From the NCBI RefSeq assembly GCF_963921235.1, contig NC_086108.1, forward strand, positions 92,754,001 through 92,818,000: 64,000 nt of DNA. The letters run 5' to 3'. The notes beneath the pieces are model-generated. The model worked only from the letters and a program-made list of their open reading frames with translations, was not told the origin of the DNA and did no database searches. This stretch comes from Mobula hypostoma (lineage: Eukaryota). The position numbers were made by a program, and so were the translations under genes. Below are positions 61,108 through 64,000 of this stretch, piece after piece (the stretch's first letter is position 1; each line of letters opens with the position of its first letter).

Positions 61108-63818
61108 ATAGAAACATAGAAACATAGAAAATAGGTGCAGGAGTAGGCCATTCGGCCCTTCGAGCCTGCACCGCCATTTATTATGATCATGGCTGATCAT
61201 CCAACTCAGAACCCAGCCTTCCCTCCAAACCCCCTGACCCCTGTAGCCACAAGGGCCATATCTAACTTCCTTTTAAACATAGCTAATGAACTGGCCTCAA
61301 CAGTTTGCTGTGGCAGAGAATTCCACAGATTCACCACTCTCTGTGTGAAGAAGTTTTTCCTAACCTCGGTCCTAAAAGGCTTCCCCTCTATCCTCAAACT
61401 GTGACCCCTCGTTCTAGACCTCCCCAACATCGGGAACAATCTTCCCGCATCTAGCCTGTCCAATCCCTTTAGGATCTTATACGTTTCAATCAGATCCCCC
61501 CTCAATCTTCTAAATTCCAACGAGTACAAGCCCAGTTCATCCAGTCTTTCTTCATATGAAAGACCTGCCATCCCAGGAATCAATCTGGTGAACCTTCTTT
61601 GTACTCCCTCTATGGCAAAGATGTCTTTCCTCAGATTAGGGGACCAAAACTGCACACAATACTCCAGGTGTGGTCTCACCAAGGCCTTGTACAACTGCAG
61701 TAGTACCTCCCTGCTCCTGTACTCGAATCCTCTCGCTATAAATGCCAGCATACCGTTCGCCTTTTTCACCGCCTGCTGTACCTGCATGCCCACTTTCAAT
61801 GACTGGTGTATAATGACACCCAGGTCTCGTTGCACCTCCCCTTTTCCTAATCGGCCACCATTCAGATAATAATCTGTTTTCCTATTTTTGCCACCAAAGT
61901 GGATAACTTCACATTTATCCACATTAAATTGCATCTGCCATGAGTTTGCCCACTCACCCAACCTATCCAAGTCACCCTGCATCCTCTTAGCATCCTCCTC
62001 ACTGCTAACACTGCCACCCAGCTTCGTGTCATCCGCAAACTTGGAGATGCTGCATTTAATTCCCTCATCCAAGTCATTAATATATATTGTAAACAACTGG
62101 GGTCCCAGCACTGAGCCTTGCGGTACCCCACTAGTCACCGCCTGCCATTCTGAAAAGGTCCCGTTTATTCCCACTCTTTGCTTCCTGTCTGCTAACCAAT
62201 TCTCCACCCACACCAATACCTTACCCCCAATACCGTGTGCTTTAAGTTTGCACACTAATCTCCTGTGTGGGACCTTGTCAAAAGCCTTTTGAAAATCCAA
62301 ATATACCACATCCACTGGTTCTCCCCTATCCACTCTACTAGTTACATCTTCAAAAAATTCTATGAGATTCGTCAGACATGATTTTCCTTTCACAAATCCA
62401 TGCTGACTTTGTCCGATGATTTCACCGCTTTCCAAATGTGCTGTTATCACATCCTTGATAACTGACTCCAGCAGTTTCCCCACCACCGACGTTAGGCTAA
62501 CCGGCCTATAATTCCCCGGTTTCTCTCTCCCTCCTTTTTTAAAAAGTGGGGTTACATTAGCCACCCTCCAATCCTCAGGAACTAGTCCAGAATCTAACGA
62601 GTTTTGAAAAATTATCACTAATGCATCCACTATTTCTTGGGCCACTTCCTTAAGCACTCTGGGATGCAGACCATCTGGCCCTGGGGATTTATCTGCCTTC
62701 AATCCCTTCAATTTACCTAACACCACTTCCCTACTAACATGTATTTCGCTCAGTTCCTCCATCTCACTGGACCCTCTGTCCCTTACTATTTCTGGAAGAT
62801 TATTTATGTCCTCCTTAGTGAAGACAGAACCAAAGTAATTATTCAATTGGTCTGCCATGTCCTTGCTCCCCATAATCAATTCACCTGTTTCTGTTTGCAG
62901 GGGACCTACATTTGTCTTTATCAGTCTTTTCCTTTTTACATATCTATAAAAGCTTTTACAATCCGTTTTTATGTTCCCTGCCAGTTTTCTCTCATAATCT
63001 TTTTTCCCCTTCCTAATTAAGCCCTTTGTCCTCCTCTGCTGAACTCTGAATTTCTCCCAGTCCTCAGGTGAGCCACTTTCTCTGGCTAATTTGTATGCTA
63101 CTTCTTTGGAATTGATACTATCCCTAATTTCTCTTGTCAGCCATGGGTGCACTACCTTCCTTGATTTATTCTTTTGCCAAACTGGGATGAACAATTGTTG
63201 TAGTTCATCCATGCAACCTTTAAATGCCTGCCATTGCATATCCACCGTCAATCCTTGAAGTGTCATTTGCCAGTCTATCTTAGCTAATTCACGTCTCATA
63301 CCTTCAAAGTTACCCCTCTTTAAGTTCAGAACCTTTGTTTCTGAATTAACTACGTCACTCTCCATGTTAATGAAGAATTCCACCATATTATGGTCACTCT
63401 TACCCAAGGGGCCTCTCACGACAAGATCGCTAATTAACCCTTCCTCATTGCTCAAAACCCAGTCAAGAATAGCCTGCTCTCTAGTCGGTTCCTCGACATG
63501 TTGGTTCAAAAAACCATCCCGCATACATTCCAAGAAATCCTCTTCCTCAGCACCTTTACCAATTTGGTTCACCCAGTCTACATGTAGATTGAAGTCACCC
63601 ATTATAACTGCTGTTCCTTTATTGCACACATTTCTAATTTCCTGTTTAATACCATCTCCGACCTCACACTACTGTTAGGTGGCCTGTACACAACTCCCAC
63701 CAGCGTCTTCTGCCCCTTAGTGTTACGCAGCTCTACCCATATCGATTCCACATCTTCCCGGCTTATGTCCTTCCTTTCTATTGCGTTAATCTCTTTTTTA
63801 ACCAGCAACGCCACCCCA
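61108..63818 (-). mobile_element. Young 5'-truncated CR1 with an 807-codon uninterrupted ORF2 segment (61206-63629)
   Basis: MGDFN, SDHNMV, NYRPVSLTS, GVPQGSVLGP and KFADDTK motifs. Truncated within the endonuclease domain, with a frameshift near 63665. Confidence 0.95.
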
Positions 63819-63884
63819 TCTGTTAAACTCACCTCAACATGTCTTTTACAGTCATTTAACCCACCAGGGGCAATAGAAAAGTAT

Positions 63885-64000
63885 CAGATACAATCCTAAC
63901 CTGATCACAGAGCGATTTACAATGACCAATTAATCTTCCAGGCAGTACATCTTTGGACTGTGGGAGGAAACTGAAGCACCTGGAGGAAATCCACGCAGTC
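63885..64000 (-). mobile_element. V-domain SINE (partial, runs off the window)
   Basis: Reverse complement of the V-domain (ctttggactgtgggaggaaactgaagcacc). Confidence 0.8.

Noticed and set aside
61206..63629. 807-aa ORF as a host gene or autonomous element
   Set aside because: It is CR1 ORF2, truncated within the endonuclease domain and lacking ORF1 and a promoter.

Overview
This is vertebrate genomic DNA, inferred from its repeat content (V-domain SINEs, esterase-ORF1 CR1 LINEs, Rex1-type LINEs, Penelope-like elements) to be from a cartilaginous fish, probably a ray. The + strand carries the last four coding exons and 3' UTR of calponin-3 (CNN3; 16-153, 14037-14153, 15901-16047, 19584-19937). 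The - strand carries a probable C-terminal exon of SLC44A3 (40803-40928), convergent with CNN3, plus a candidate alternative last exon (38616-38854). Most of the rest is transposable elements: a full-length dead L1 with a target-site duplication (TSD), a full-length CR1 nested in another CR1, young and old CR1 and Rex1 fragments, SINEs, a Tc1 element, a hAT MITE and a solo LTR. The most interesting observations are (i) a decayed retrovirus-like pol(IN)-env remnant with a NYNRIN/lokiretrovirus-like integrase, (ii) Penelope termini carrying a minimal type-I hammerhead ribozyme motif, including TSD-bounded hairpin mini-elements, (iii) a ~920-bp foldback palindrome in a CNN3 intron, and (iv) possible alternative C-termini of SLC44A3. 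Boundaries of old TE fragments are approximate. Family names come from recognised motifs, not from database searches.
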